A stretch of 64,000 nt of DNA from an uncultured Chloroflexia bacterium. Lineage in GTDB: Bacteria; Chloroflexota; Anaerolineae; JAAYZQ01. Shown here piece by piece: positions 1 to 9,000 of the stretch. The notes under the pieces were generated by a model. The model was given only the letters and a program-made list of their open reading frames with translations, was not told the DNA's origin and searched no databases. How positions within the stretch are numbered: the stretch's first letter is position 1; each line of letters begins with the position of its first letter. The DNA lies in contig CAVOXA010000014.1 of the NCBI GenBank assembly GCA_963700285.1, positions 960,001 through 1,024,000 of the forward strand. The letters are read 5' to 3'. Made by a program: the position numbers and the translations under genes.

Positions 1-46
1 ATCTTTGGCAACTTTTTCCAGTTTGTACAACAAGGTGAAGGAACCC

Positions 47-2455
47 ATGCCACGTCTGGCAGTCCGTAGACTCCTGGCGGTATTGCTCATCATAGGCGGC
101 CTGGCCGGCTGCGGGCCACCGCCTGCGCCCCCAGCTGCTCTTGCGCCCCTTGCCAGTCCAAGTGCGGCCTGGTCCTCTACGCCCACCCCACTGGCGACTC
201 TCCCTGCAATAGCCACTCCCTCAGCCACAAAACGATCACCCTCTCCCACCCTGACCTCAACCTCGCATCCTACCGCTTCACCCACGCTCCCGCCCACCAT
301 TACCACCATACCTACCCCTGCTCCAACCCTATTGCCAACCCAACCGCCTCTCATGACACCTGCTGTCGGAAAGCCGCTCGAGTTCTCCCTTGGCTGGCGA
401 TTCGGTAGCAATGGGCATCTGACCGATGCAACCATCATCTACCAGGACAGGAGGCCGCTACTCGTTGTCGCCTCGCTTGGTCGCAACATCTATGCGCTGG
501 ACGGCGGTGGCGAGATTCTATGGAAGGCAAAAACTGCAGGACCGGCCTATGCCCTGGCTTCCCTCAATGGAGAGTGGGTGGCCACCGGCGACGACTCCGG
601 CGCAATCACACTCCTGGACGAACAGGGAGGCCGTCTATGGCGGCACGAACTAGGCAGCCGGGTGACGGCCCTGGACGCTGGGTGGCCGGGGAGGGTACTG
701 GCCGGCGGCTGGCAGGCAGGCCCTCCCCAGGGCGGCCTGTTGGCCCTGCTGAACACCGAGGGCGAAGAGGAACGGGTTCGCTGGCAGGTTAACCTGGACA
801 GTCCGGTTACCGACGTCACCATCGTACCCGGCGACTCGCGTTCGAACATCCAAGACGGAGGCCTGGCAGTAGGAGCTACCCTGAACGGAGAGGTTCGGGC
901 GCTGGAGCCAACCGGCATCGAGAGATGGCGCTTCCATGCCGGGGCCCCGATCACACGCCTCGGGCCGCTAGAGGTAGCGGGAGACTCGCTCATCCTAGTT
1001 GGCACACAGGACGGTCGACTGCTCGCGCTGGATGCCGGCACAGAGGGAGCGCAGGCAAGTCAGGGGGACACCGAGCGCCTTCTGTGGCAGCGCTCCCTGG
1101 GTGAGGGTGGGCCGGTCTGGCAGACAGCCGACCTGGACGGCGACCCCGATCCCGAAATTGTCGCTGGGACTGGGGGCCAAGCCCCATTGCTCGCCCTGCT
1201 TTCAGCCCAAGGGGAGGTACTGTGGCGTATCGCCACGACCTCGCCGGTGAATGCAATTGTTTCCGCTGACATGGATGGTGACGACAAACTGGAGATCTTG
1301 GCCGGGCTGGCGAGTGGTGAGATCCACGCCTACGACGTACAAGGAAGATTTCGGGGCTCGATCCACACGGGTCTGCCAGTGTGGGGGCTGGCAGCAGGCG
1401 AGGATGGCAGCGTCTTTGCCCTGGCCGATGTCATCGCCTGGCAGGTCAAGGACGTGGCCGGCCCGACCGGAGGCTCGTGGCTGCCCCCTCCGGCGATGGT
1501 GTCCGCTTCAGAAGATACCCTTGCCCCGGATATCGGTGCGCTCTCCGCCGGCATAGATGGATCGAAGGCCGCTACACTGGTTTTTCTCGGCGACATCGCT
1601 CCGGGGCGTTCGATGGAGGCGCAGTTGGCCCGCTATGGCCCAGCCGCGCCCTGGGAGGGGCTCGCGCCGCTCCTGGAGACAGCAGACCTGGTGGTGGCCA
1701 ACCTGGAGTCTGTCCTTACCACCCAGGGTCATCCTCTGGACAAGGAGTATCTGATTCGAGCCCATCCTCTTTGGGCTCAGACCCTGATCGATGCCGGGCT
1801 GGATCTGGTCACCGTGGCGAATAACCACGCCCTTGACTATGGACAGGTCGGACTGGACGAGACCCTGGCGACGCTGAAAGAATCAGACATTGACGCCATC
1901 GGGGCAAGTGCGTCGGACGATAACTCGCAAAGCCACCGGCCAGCACTGTTCAACCTGAACGGGGTACGCGTGGCAGTCCTGGGCTACGCGGCACTCCGCT
2001 GGAATGGCTCTAGAGACGTACCGGCAACGGACCGTGTAGCATGGGCCGAGCCGGATGCCGTACAGGCCAGCGTCCGCGCGGCGCGGGAGCAGGCGGACTT
2101 TGTCATCGTCTTGTTGCACGCCGGTACCGAGTATGCAGATGAGCCTTCGCCAGACCAGGTGGCTGTAGCCCGGGCGGCGATCGATGCCGGCGCTGCTTTG
2201 GTGGTGGGCCATCATCCCCATGTCACACAAACCGTAGAACAGTACAAGCAGGGGCTCATCGTCTACAGCCTGGGTGATGCGCTCTTTGACATCCCCCGCC
2301 CGGCGGCTATGCGCGGTCATCTCTTACGCGTCCACGTCACAGAGGAGGGACTGGCCGGGGCCGAACTGTGGCCGTTCTGGATCACAGATGCCTTCCGGCC
2401 CCGGTTCCTGGACAACGGCAAAGGGATGCCTCGCGTCAAGATCATCTACCCCTGA
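47..2455 (+). CDS. Lipoprotein: Pro/Thr-rich linker + PQQ/FG-GAP-like beta-propeller + CapA (PGA_cap) metallophosphoesterase domain
   Basis: Lipobox LAGC after a hydrophobic stretch (ATG 47 follows AAGGTGAAGG). Repeated 'G..LW' propeller blades and DLDGD/DMDGD motifs. CapA motifs FLGD, ANLES, ANNHALDYG, LHAGTEY, VGHHPHV, YSLGD. Confidence 0.8.
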   Translation: MPRLAVRRLLAVLLIIGGLAGCGPPPAPPAALAPLASPSAAWSSTPTPLATLPAIATPSATKRSPSPTLTSTSHPTASPTLPPTITTIPTPAPTLLPTQPPLMTPAVGKPLEFSLGWRFGSNGHLTDATIIYQDRRPLLVVASLGRNIYALDGGGEILWKAKTAGPAYALASLNGEWVATGDDSGAITLLDEQGGRLWRHELGSRVTALDAGWPGRVLAGGWQAGPPQGGLLALLNTEGEEERVRWQVNLDSPVTDVTIVPGDSRSNIQDGGLAVGATLNGEVRALEPTGIERWRFHAGAPITRLGPLEVAGDSLILVGTQDGRLLALDAGTEGAQASQGDTERLLWQRSLGEGGPVWQTADLDGDPDPEIVAGTGGQAPLLALLSAQGEVLWRIATTSPVNAIVSADMDGDDKLEILAGLASGEIHAYDVQGRFRGSIHTGLPVWGLAAGEDGSVFALADVIAWQVKDVAGPTGGSWLPPPAMVSASEDTLAPDIGALSAGIDGSKAATLVFLGDIAPGRSMEAQLARYGPAAPWEGLAPLLETADLVVANLESVLTTQGHPLDKEYLIRAHPLWAQTLIDAGLDLVTVANNHALDYGQVGLDETLATLKESDIDAIGASASDDNSQSHRPALFNLNGVRVAVLGYAALRWNGSRDVPATDRVAWAEPDAVQASVRAAREQADFVIVLLHAGTEYADEPSPDQVAVARAAIDAGAALVVGHHPHVTQTVEQYKQGLIVYSLGDALFDIPRPAAMRGHLLRVHVTEEGLAGAELWPFWITDAFRPRFLDNGKGMPRVKIIYP

Positions 2456-2568
2456 CGCCAAGTCACGGACGACTCGAGTCAGCGTTCGTCCAGGGGCTCG
2501 CCCAAGTCCCGGTCCGAGTGAAGAAGAGCCAGGGCCAGTTCTTAAAGATCACTTGGGGACTCGCAATT

Positions 2569-2596
2569 GGAACCAATGAGGAGAAGGCAACGTCTT
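2569..2596 (+). promoter_or_regulatory. Putative ECF sigma-factor promoter (GGAACC-N16-CGTCTT)
   Basis: Matches the GGAAC...CGTC ECF consensus with a 16-nt spacer, about 47 nt upstream of the DUF4139 gene. Confidence 0.5.
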
Positions 2597-2642
2597 TGAG
2601 ATAGATGACAGGGCACATACGTGCCAAAGAGGAGAAGATCGC

Positions 2643-4103
2643 ATGGCAAAGAAAAAATGGATAGGCTGGGCAGCGGTTGCGACCACCCTGGTGCTGTTGG
2701 GGACTACCGCCTTGAGCGGAGGTCTAGGAGCGAGTCAGGCGGAGGCTCAGGGCGAGGGCCTGGAATTGGCCGTTTACAACCAGGACCTGGCCTTGGTGAA
2801 GGACCCTCGCAGGCTGGACCTGTCGGCAGGGTTGAACGAAGTACGCTTTGGGGATGTGGCAGCACAGATCGACCCCACCAGCGTTCACTTTCGATCACTC
2901 ACCGATCCGGATGGGACCATCGTACTGGAGCAAAACTACGAGTATGATATCGTCAACTCGGCCAAGATGCTCAACAAGTACGTAGACATGGAGATTGGCG
3001 TGGTGACCGAGGATGGGCAAGAGTACTCGGGAACACTTCTCAGCGGCCATGACGACGTCATCCTACAAGATGACAATGGACAGGTGAAGGTAATCCGGCT
3101 GGAGCGGATCAAGGAATTCGAGTTCCCGGCCCTTCCAGAGGGGCTGATCACCCGCCCCACGCTCGTCTGGCAGGTGGAAACGGCCCAGGGTGGCAGCCAA
3201 GATGTGGAAGTTACCTACCTGACGCATGGCATGAACTGGCAAGCCGACTATATCGTGGTGTTGGCTGACAATGATCAGAGCATCGACCTGGACGGCTGGG
3301 TGACCCTGGACAACCACAGTGGGGCCAGCTACTCTGATGCCAAACTCAAGCTCATTGCTGGTGATATCCACCGGGCGCCCACCGACGGCTATGTGGTGGA
3401 AAAGGAGATGGCCTTTGGCGCAGGGGAGGCCCCAGCCGCGCAGGTAGAAGAACGTTCGTTTTTCGAATATCACCTCTATGAAATCCAACGGCCCGTGACG
3501 GTCAAAGACCAGCAGACCAAGCAAATAGAGTTCGTGACCGGCCGCGATGTCCCTGCCGAAAAATTCTTTGTCTACGACGGAGCCCAAATGTACTTCCCGG
3601 GCTACTACCAACCCATCGATGATCCCAGCTACGGCACCGCCTCTAACAAGAAGGTCATGGTCATGCTGGAATTCAAGAACGGCGAAGACGAGGGGCTGGG
3701 GGTGCCGCTGCCCAAGGGAACGCTGCGCGTATACAAGAAGGACGTCGATGGCTCAACGCTGCTCATTGGCGAAGACGCCATCGATCACACACCCAAGGAC
3801 GAGCAGGTACGTCTCTACATCGGTGATGCCTTTGACGTCGTCGGCGAACGAGTCCAGACCGATTTCAAGGCAGAGTATGATGAGGACTGGATCGAAGAGT
3901 CCTACGAGATCACGCTGCGCAACCACAAGAGCGAGGACATCGAGGTGCGCGTCGTGGAGCACATGTTCCGCTGGACCGAGTGGAAGATCCTAGAGGAGAG
4001 CCACGAGCACATCAAGACCGATGCCCGGACCATCGAGTATCGTGTGCCCGTAGAAGCGGGCGGCGAGACCCAAGTGACGTACACGGTCCGGTACGAGTGG
4101 TAA
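2643..4103 (+). CDS. Secreted DUF4139 domain-containing protein
   Basis: Signal peptide; typical motifs LAVYNQDLALV, LEQNYEYD, YLT.GMNWQADY, EYHLY, LGVPLPKG.LRVY, IDHTPKDE. Confidence 0.85.
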   Translation: MAKKKWIGWAAVATTLVLLGTTALSGGLGASQAEAQGEGLELAVYNQDLALVKDPRRLDLSAGLNEVRFGDVAAQIDPTSVHFRSLTDPDGTIVLEQNYEYDIVNSAKMLNKYVDMEIGVVTEDGQEYSGTLLSGHDDVILQDDNGQVKVIRLERIKEFEFPALPEGLITRPTLVWQVETAQGGSQDVEVTYLTHGMNWQADYIVVLADNDQSIDLDGWVTLDNHSGASYSDAKLKLIAGDIHRAPTDGYVVEKEMAFGAGEAPAAQVEERSFFEYHLYEIQRPVTVKDQQTKQIEFVTGRDVPAEKFFVYDGAQMYFPGYYQPIDDPSYGTASNKKVMVMLEFKNGEDEGLGVPLPKGTLRVYKKDVDGSTLLIGEDAIDHTPKDEQVRLYIGDAFDVVGERVQTDFKAEYDEDWIEESYEITLRNHKSEDIEVRVVEHMFRWTEWKILEESHEHIKTDARTIEYRVPVEAGGETQVTYTVRYEW

Positions 4104-4229
4104 TGCACGGCAGCGCATCCGGCTGAAAGAGGGCACCGCGACATGGCCATGCACATTCCTGAGCACGTCATCAAAGGGTGTTTGGCAAAAGCTCCAGGCA
4201 ACTGGGTCAGACACGGCCGGTCGATGCGT

Positions 4230-4258
4230 TTGACAAAAGTGAAATTCTGTGAGATAAT
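4230..4258 (+). promoter_or_regulatory. Sigma70-type promoter TTGACA-N17-GATAAT with extended -10 TG
   Basis: TTGACA 4230-4235, GATAAT 4253-4258, TG at 4250-4251. Confidence 0.75.
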
Positions 4259-4324
4259 GGCTGCCACGTGGAGCCTGCGGCAGTTTATCATCACGAGCTA
4301 TCATAGAAAAGGGAGGTGGTGCCC

Positions 4325-4378
4325 ATGGACTGTAGTAGTACACCATGCGCCGTAGCATCGCCTCGATTCATCTGGTAG
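4325..4378 (+). CDS. Putative 17-aa small ORF (MDCSSTPCAVASPRFIW) in a small structured transcript
   Basis: ATG preceded by a very strong SD (AGAAAAGGGAGGTGGT); TAG at 4376-4378; flanked by a promoter and terminator. Below the ORF-track size cutoff. Confidence 0.45.
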   Translation: MDCSSTPCAVASPRFIW

Positions 4379-4397
4379 GCTACGGCGCGTACGTCAA

Positions 4398-4434
4398 GGG
4401 AGGGCCTCCTCAACCGGGGAGGCCCTCTCTCTTT
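4398..4434 (+). terminator. Intrinsic terminator
   Basis: GGGAGGGCCTCCTC-aacc-GGGGAGGCCCTCTC followed by TCTTT. Confidence 0.7.
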
Positions 4435-4458
4435 GCTTCAAAGAAGGTGGACAAAGCC

Positions 4459-5475
4459 ATGCAGGCGGACTCTTTTGGCGTTGGCAAGCTGCCCATGGCG
4501 TTCCTGCAGACGATGCTGGAACGCTACACAGGGCAGGACGAGCGAATCGTGGTGGGCCCACGGGTCGGCGAAGATGCGGTGGTCTTGGACATGGGCGATC
4601 GCTATCTGGTGGCCAAGACAGATCCCATTACATTCACGACGGACGAAATCGGCTGGTACGTGGTCAACGTCAATGCCAACGATGTCGCGACCGTGGGCGC
4701 TATGCCACGCTGGCTACTGCTCACGCTCCTGCTCCCGGAAGAGGGATCCAATGGGGCACGGGTCGAAGAGATATTCTCTCAGGTACACGAGGCCTGCCAG
4801 GCATTGGGGATCGTCCTGTGTGGTGGCCATACAGAGATCACCTTTGGGCTGGACCGGCCCATTGCCGTAGGTTTCATGCTGGGGGAGATGGAGAAGGAGG
4901 ATCTGGTACGCACTGCCGGTGCGGAGGTGGGTGACCATTTGATTCTAACCAAGGGCATCGCTATCGAGGGCACAGCCGTCTTGGCCCTGGAGATGGGCGA
5001 TCGACTCAAAGAACAAGTAGGCACGGAGTTGGTAGATCGGGGCCGGCGCTTCCTGAAGGAGCCCGGCATCAGCGTCGTGCCCGATTCCCAGATCCTGTGC
5101 CGTACTGGCCGGCCCCACGCCATGCACGACCCCACGGAGGGAGGTCTGGCCACCGGTCTGTGGGAGATGGCCAAGGGGTCTGGAAATGGACTCGTGGTGG
5201 ATCTGGCTCAGGTACGCCAGTTTCCAGAGACCGTCGCATTCTGTCAGGCCCTGGACCTGGATCCTCTGGGCGTCCTGGCTTCTGGCGCGCTGCTGGTTGC
5301 CTGCGCCCCAGAAGAATCGGCATTGATGCTGGAAGCGCTAGCCGGCGAGGGCATCGAGGCAATGATTATCGGACGGGTGGTGGATGGGCCATCAACTGTA
5401 CTCATCGAAACAGATGAAGGGCTGATCCCAATGCCTACCTTCGAGCGGGATGAACTCCTGCGCGTATTGGCCTAG
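4459..5475 (+). CDS. AIR synthase-related (HypE/PurM-like) family protein
   Basis: GKLP, GP.VGEDA.V, KTDPITF, NVNAND.A..GA.P, GGHTE, MHDPTEGGL motifs. Start placed at ATG 4459, after the terminator. Confidence 0.85.
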   Translation: MQADSFGVGKLPMAFLQTMLERYTGQDERIVVGPRVGEDAVVLDMGDRYLVAKTDPITFTTDEIGWYVVNVNANDVATVGAMPRWLLLTLLLPEEGSNGARVEEIFSQVHEACQALGIVLCGGHTEITFGLDRPIAVGFMLGEMEKEDLVRTAGAEVGDHLILTKGIAIEGTAVLALEMGDRLKEQVGTELVDRGRRFLKEPGISVVPDSQILCRTGRPHAMHDPTEGGLATGLWEMAKGSGNGLVVDLAQVRQFPETVAFCQALDLDPLGVLASGALLVACAPEESALMLEALAGEGIEAMIIGRVVDGPSTVLIETDEGLIPMPTFERDELLRVLA

Positions 5476-5564
5476 CAGCTTCTCCGAATACTCGCTCCCT
5501 AGCCCCCAAGACGGGGCCTGACCCCTCTCGGACGAGAGTCAGGCGGTCGAGCGGGAAAAGAGAT

Positions 5565-5593
5565 TTGACTTTTGGTTTGACCTGTGCTAAAGT
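5565..5593 (+). promoter_or_regulatory. str operon promoter TTGACT-N17-TAAAGT (extended -10)
   Basis: 17-nt spacing with TG before the -10; about 210 nt upstream of rpsL. Confidence 0.6.
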
Positions 5594-5804
5594 TCATCTT
5601 CGCGAGTCGATTTGTCCAGCCCAATAGCTACCCACAGTCCAAGTCGGGGAGCAGGGGGAAGGCCATCGCGGCCCATTGGCGGTGGCCCTCTATGTGTCTG
5701 GAGATAGCAGTGAGCGCCTGCCACTTCTGCTGGATCCCAGATCCAGGAGGAGCCAGGCGCAGGTTCAAAACGTGGAACACAAAGCTACGAAAGGGAGGGG
5801 CGAG

Positions 5805-6236
5805 TTGCCCACGATCAATCAGTTGGTAAGAAAGGGGCGCAAGCCCAAATCGAAAAAAGAAAAAGCACCTGCCCTGCGCTACAGTTCCAATGCGCTCAAG
5901 GGGCGGACAACGCGGCAGCAGAAAGGCAACCCCCAGAAGCGTGGGGTATGCACCCAGGTACGAACCATGACGCCCAAGAAGCCTAACTCGGCGCTGCGCA
6001 AGATCGCACGTGTGCGCTTGACGAATGGCCTTGAGGTCACGGCTTACATCCCCGGCGAGGGACATGGGCTTCAGGAACACTCGGTGGTGCTGGTGCGCGG
6101 TGGTCGTGTCAAGGACCTACCCGGTGTTCGCTACCACATCATCCGTGGTGCGCTGGACTCTGACGGAGTGGACAACCGCAAGCGAGCCCGCTCAAAGTAC
6201 GGGACCAAGCTACCCAAAAGATCGGTGATTATCTAG
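5805..6236 (+). CDS. rpsL: 30S ribosomal protein S12
   Basis: TTG start after AGGGAGG; [32 protein letters not shown]. Confidence 0.98.
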   Translation: MPTINQLVRKGRKPKSKKEKAPALRYSSNALKGRTTRQQKGNPQKRGVCTQVRTMTPKKPNSALRKIARVRLTNGLEVTAYIPGEGHGLQEHSVVLVRGGRVKDLPGVRYHIIRGALDSDGVDNRKRARSKYGTKLPKRSVII

Positions 6237-6253
6237 AGATAGAGGATATAGAT

Positions 6254-6724
6254 ATGCCAAGACGGAATCGTCCTCCAAAGAGGGACATCGCACCCGACGC
6301 CAAATACAATAGTGTTCTGGTTGCGCGCTTTATTAACAAGCTGATGCAGCACGGCAAAAGGAGCACAGCGCAACGCATTTTTTACGACGCTCTTGACATC
6401 GTCGAGGGCCGAGCCAAGCGTCCCAGCCTGGAGGTATTTGAGCAGGCGGTCAAGAACGCAACGCCGCTCCTCGAGGTAAAGCCCCGAAGGGTAGGTGGTG
6501 CAACCTATCAGGTGCCGGTGGAGGTCCACTCCGACCGCCAGATGTCCTTGGCCATCCGCTGGCTCGTCGGCAGTACGCGACAGCGACCTGGCAAGACAAT
6601 GGCTGAGAAGCTGGCCAATGAGATTATGGACGCTGCCAGCAATACGGGGCAGACAGTCAAGAAGCGCGAAGACACCCATAGGATGGCGGAGGCAAACCGG
6701 GCGTTTGCTCATTACCGCTGGTAG
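6254..6724 (+). CDS. rpsG: 30S ribosomal protein S7
   Basis: [26 protein letters not shown]. Confidence 0.98.
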   Translation: MPRRNRPPKRDIAPDAKYNSVLVARFINKLMQHGKRSTAQRIFYDALDIVEGRAKRPSLEVFEQAVKNATPLLEVKPRRVGGATYQVPVEVHSDRQMSLAIRWLVGSTRQRPGKTMAEKLANEIMDAASNTGQTVKKREDTHRMAEANRAFAHYRW

Positions 6725-6750
6725 GCAGTTCGTAGCCAATGAATCAACTT

Positions 6751-6795
6751 AACAATGACCAACCTTGATGGCTTGTTGGTCATTGTTTGTTTTTC
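6751..6795 (+). terminator. Terminator-like hairpin between rpsG and fusA
   Basis: Perfect 13-bp stem AACAATGACCAAC / GTTGGTCATTGTT followed by TGTTTTT. Confidence 0.6.
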
Positions 6796-6819
6796 GTTGG
6801 TCATTCTGCGAGGTTGTCC

Positions 6820-8898
6820 ATGTCCAGGGCTATTCCTCTCGAGCGCACACGGAACATCGGGATCATCGCGCATATTGATGCCGGCAAGACCACGACGACA
6901 GAGAGGATCCTCTTTTATACAGGCCGCACGCACCGCATGGGCAGCGTGGACGATGGGACAACCGTTACCGATTGGATGGCGCAGGAGCGGGAGCGGGGCA
7001 TAACCATCACGTCGGCAGCCGTGACCTGCTTCTGGCGCGATTTTCAGATTAACATCGTAGATACACCGGGACATATCGACTTTACCGCCGAAGTCCAGCG
7101 CAGCTTGCGCGTACTGGATGGAGGCGTGGTGGTATTTGATGCCGTGGCAGGGGTAGAACCCCAATCAGAAACGGTCTGGCGTCAAGCCGACCGGTATCAG
7201 GTACCACGAATCTGTTTCGTTAACAAAATGGATCGTGTGGGGGCGGATTTTTGGCACACCGTGACAATGATCCGGGAGCAGTTGGCTTCAAACCCCGTGG
7301 CGATCCAGGTGCCGATAGGCGCCGAAGATAGGTTCATCGGCGTCGTGGACCTGCTGACTATGCAGGCCATCATCTATACCGACGATCTGGGCACTGTCCA
7401 GGAGGCCACGGCTATCCCGGACGACCTGCAGGGTTTTGCTCTAGAGCACCGCGAGAACCTCCTGGAGCAGGTGGCCGAGTACGATGACCAGATCATGGAA
7501 AAGTATCTGGAAGGGGAACAAATCCCGGTCAATGAGTTGCGGCGCGCGCTGCGCGAAGCCACACTCCGGGGGAACCTGGTACCGGTACTTTGTGGCTCGG
7601 CACTCAAGAATAAGGGGGTCCAACCGGTTCTGGATGCCGTAGTAGACTATTTGCCATCGCCTCTGGACGTGCCGCCCACGCCGGGCGTGAATCCTCGTAC
7701 AGGTGACGTGTGGAAGTGCTACCCCGACGAGACCCGACCTTTTGCAGCTCTGGCGTTCAAGGTGGTGACGGATCCGTACGTCGGGCGCTTGGTCTACTTG
7801 CGTATCTATTCGGGGAAAGTACGAGCCGGCAGCACAGTATGGAACTCGGTCAAAGGACGAAAAGAGCGGGTATCCAAGCTGCTGCGGATGTATGCCAACC
7901 GCCGCGAGGAGCTAGAGATGATCGAGGCGGGCGACATCGCGGCGGCGGTAGGGTTGAAAGACACATTCACCGGCGAGACCCTGTGCGATGCCACCTATCA
8001 GGTTGTCCTGGAGTCCATCAAGTTTCCGGAACCCGTGATCGCCGTGGCCATCGAGCCGCGAACACAGGCGGACCAGGACAAGATGAACGAGGCCCTCCGG
8101 CGGCTGGCGGAGGAGGATCCCACCTTTCGGGTACGAACCGACGAGAATACCGGCCAGTTGATCGTCAGCGGCATGGGGGAACTACACCTGGAAGTTCTGG
8201 TCGACCGTATGCTGCGCGAGTTTCGGGTAATGGCCAATGTCGGCAAGCCACAGGTAGCATACCGTGAGACAATCACACGGGAGGCACGGAGCGAAGGCAA
8301 GTTTGTCCGCCAGGTGGGAGCGCACAACCAGTATGGTCACGTTGTATTGGAGCTTGAGCCACTTCCTGTTGGTGCTGGCTTTGAGTTTGTGAACAAGACG
8401 AAGGGGAACGTCTTTCCTCAGGAGCAAGTAGACGCGGTGGAAGCTGGTGTCCGCGAGTCGCTGGACGGCGGAGTGCTAGCCGGCTACACCCTCGTGGATT
8501 TGCGCGTATCGCTGGTTGACGGGGATTATGAAGAGGATGAAACTTCCGACATGGCACTTCGTGCGGCGGCATCGATGGCCCTGCGGAATGGCGTAGAAAA
8601 GGCCGCCCCCGTCTTGTTAGAACCAATCATGAGCGTGGAGGCCGTGGCGCCGGACGAGTCAAGTGGCGCGCTCATCGGTGATCTCAGTGCTCGTGGCGGA
8701 CAGATCGAGGGTTTGCAGCCCCGAGGCGCGGGAATGCAAGCCGTAAGGGCCATGGTTCCTCTGGCCGAGATGTTTGGTTATACCACGGACCTGCGATCGA
8801 TGACCCAGGGGCGGGGCACCTCCACGATGGAGTTCGATCACTATGACGAGGTGGCGCCGGAGGTACTGGATCAGATTCTGATGGGCTGGCGCAGGTAA
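6820..8898 (+). CDS. fusA: Elongation factor G (divergent domain IV, EF-G2-like)
   Basis: [41 protein letters not shown]; located in the str operon. Confidence 0.95.
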   Translation: MSRAIPLERTRNIGIIAHIDAGKTTTTERILFYTGRTHRMGSVDDGTTVTDWMAQERERGITITSAAVTCFWRDFQINIVDTPGHIDFTAEVQRSLRVLDGGVVVFDAVAGVEPQSETVWRQADRYQVPRICFVNKMDRVGADFWHTVTMIREQLASNPVAIQVPIGAEDRFIGVVDLLTMQAIIYTDDLGTVQEATAIPDDLQGFALEHRENLLEQVAEYDDQIMEKYLEGEQIPVNELRRALREATLRGNLVPVLCGSALKNKGVQPVLDAVVDYLPSPLDVPPTPGVNPRTGDVWKCYPDETRPFAALAFKVVTDPYVGRLVYLRIYSGKVRAGSTVWNSVKGRKERVSKLLRMYANRREELEMIEAGDIAAAVGLKDTFTGETLCDATYQVVLESIKFPEPVIAVAIEPRTQADQDKMNEALRRLAEEDPTFRVRTDENTGQLIVSGMGELHLEVLVDRMLREFRVMANVGKPQVAYRETITREARSEGKFVRQVGAHNQYGHVVLELEPLPVGAGFEFVNKTKGNVFPQEQVDAVEAGVRESLDGGVLAGYTLVDLRVSLVDGDYEEDETSDMALRAAASMALRNGVEKAAPVLLEPIMSVEAVAPDESSGALIGDLSARGGQIEGLQPRGAGMQAVRAMVPLAEMFGYTTDLRSMTQGRGTSTMEFDHYDEVAPEVLDQILMGWRR

Positions 8899-8913
8899 TA
8901 GCCCCACGTGGAT

Positions 8914-8942
8914 TTGCCATGGATCCGCTTTTGAGGTAGAAT
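8914..8942 (+). promoter_or_regulatory. Internal sigma70 promoter for tuf (TTGCCA-N17-TAGAAT)
   Basis: Consensus-like hexamers with a 17-nt spacer in the fusA-tuf gap. Confidence 0.65.
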
Positions 8943-9000
8943 GGCGCGGTTTTGTGGGTTGTGTGACCCGCAACCGGCATGAAGAAAAAGGAGCACCAGC

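Noticed and set aside
4345-4458. N-terminal extensions in the ORF track (HypE-like, rpsL, fusA, rplV, rplN, S8 protease, GT genes)
   Set aside because: They run through terminators, promoters or upstream genes; downstream starts with an SD match the family N-termini.
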